Source: Anthoceros angustus (lineage: Eukaryota; Plantae; Anthocerotophyta). From it: a DNA stretch of 64,000 nt. Below are positions 63,456 to 64,000 of the stretch, piece by piece. The first letter of the stretch is position 1. Each line of letters begins with the position of its first letter. Below the pieces are notes generated by a model. That model had not been told where the DNA came from. It worked only from the letters and a program-made list of their open reading frames with translations, and made no database searches. The position numbers were made by a program, and so were the translations under genes. Location: positions 186,001 through 250,000 of the forward strand of contig VJWM01000205.1 of NCBI GenBank assembly GCA_010909165.1, read 5' to 3'.

Positions 63456-64000
63456 ATGACATGCCAGGGCGGCGTGGATTTGGTAATGTGGAAGAGGCCT
63501 TGGTTGGCAACAATTGTGCTGGCGTGCGGCACATTTGTGTACCACGAGTGTGTTCTGAGGGACCGGAGCTTGGTGTCTCTTCTCTCTGACGTCCTAATGG
63601 TGTTTTTCATTACAATAGGAACACTCGGGTTCTACTTTCGCAGTCGGAATGAGCCGATTCTGGATTTCCGGCAGTTCGAGGTGTCCGCGGATGCTGCCAA
63701 CAGTGGCTGCCTTCGCCAACACAGTCGGAGCTGCCGAAAGCGTTTTGCGCGTTGCTGCCTGCGGATCTGACATCAAGCTGTTCATCAAGGTGATTTTCGT
63801 ACTTTTTCTGACAGCTGCGATGGGAAGGGCGGCGTCTGGCGGCACTGTCGCTTACGTTGCGTTATGGATCATCTTCATTATACCAATTGGCCTCGCGAAG
63901 CTAGCACCAGCTGCCGCTCAAAGCAAGTTTCTCAATCGGCAGGCGTCGGCTGTGGGAAACCCTGGCAAGGCTGGCCCTCGGAATCGGTACGTGCCGTCAT
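63456..64000 (+). pseudogene. Frameshifted second reticulon copy
   Basis: 5-bp deletion near 63703 (AACAGTGGCT vs AACAGCTTGGTGGCT) and an extra G near 63955. Confidence 0.75.

Larger units (their letters stand above)
61363..64000. repeat. Tandem segmental duplicate of ~58867-60993 (runs off the window end)
   Basis: Near-identical collinear sequence with small indels and one 520-bp extra block. Confidence 0.95.

Noticed and set aside
1-64000. tRNA or rRNA genes
   Set aside because: No cloverleaf or rRNA-like sequence recognised by eye; only retroelement primer-binding sites. tRNAscan-SE/Infernal not run.

Overview
Eukaryotic land-plant genomic DNA with short (~80-130 bp) spliceosomal introns and dense genes. 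The compact introns, a methylmalonyl-CoA epimerase and a bryophyte-type kinase suggest a seed-free plant, plausibly a hornwort (inference). Left arm (1-19.5 kb): subtilase, ribonucleotide reductase small subunit, DUF1442 protein, a coiled-coil protein, methylmalonyl-CoA epimerase and a pseudouridine synthase pseudogene. Middle (19.6-48.3 kb): a nested transposon island with Copia fragments, a solo-LTR-like segment and a 15.8-kb Gypsy element with >4-kb LTRs. That Gypsy element interrupts a decayed reading frame encoding a prokaryote-type beta-class N4C/N6A DNA amino-methyltransferase, the most notable signal in the window. Right arm: type I MADS-box gene, intact RluA-family pseudouridine synthase, a helical-bundle/kinase/Sel1/ARM-like gene head-to-head with a reticulon gene, and a damaged tandem duplicate of that head-to-head region. 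Exon boundaries were read by eye and are approximate.
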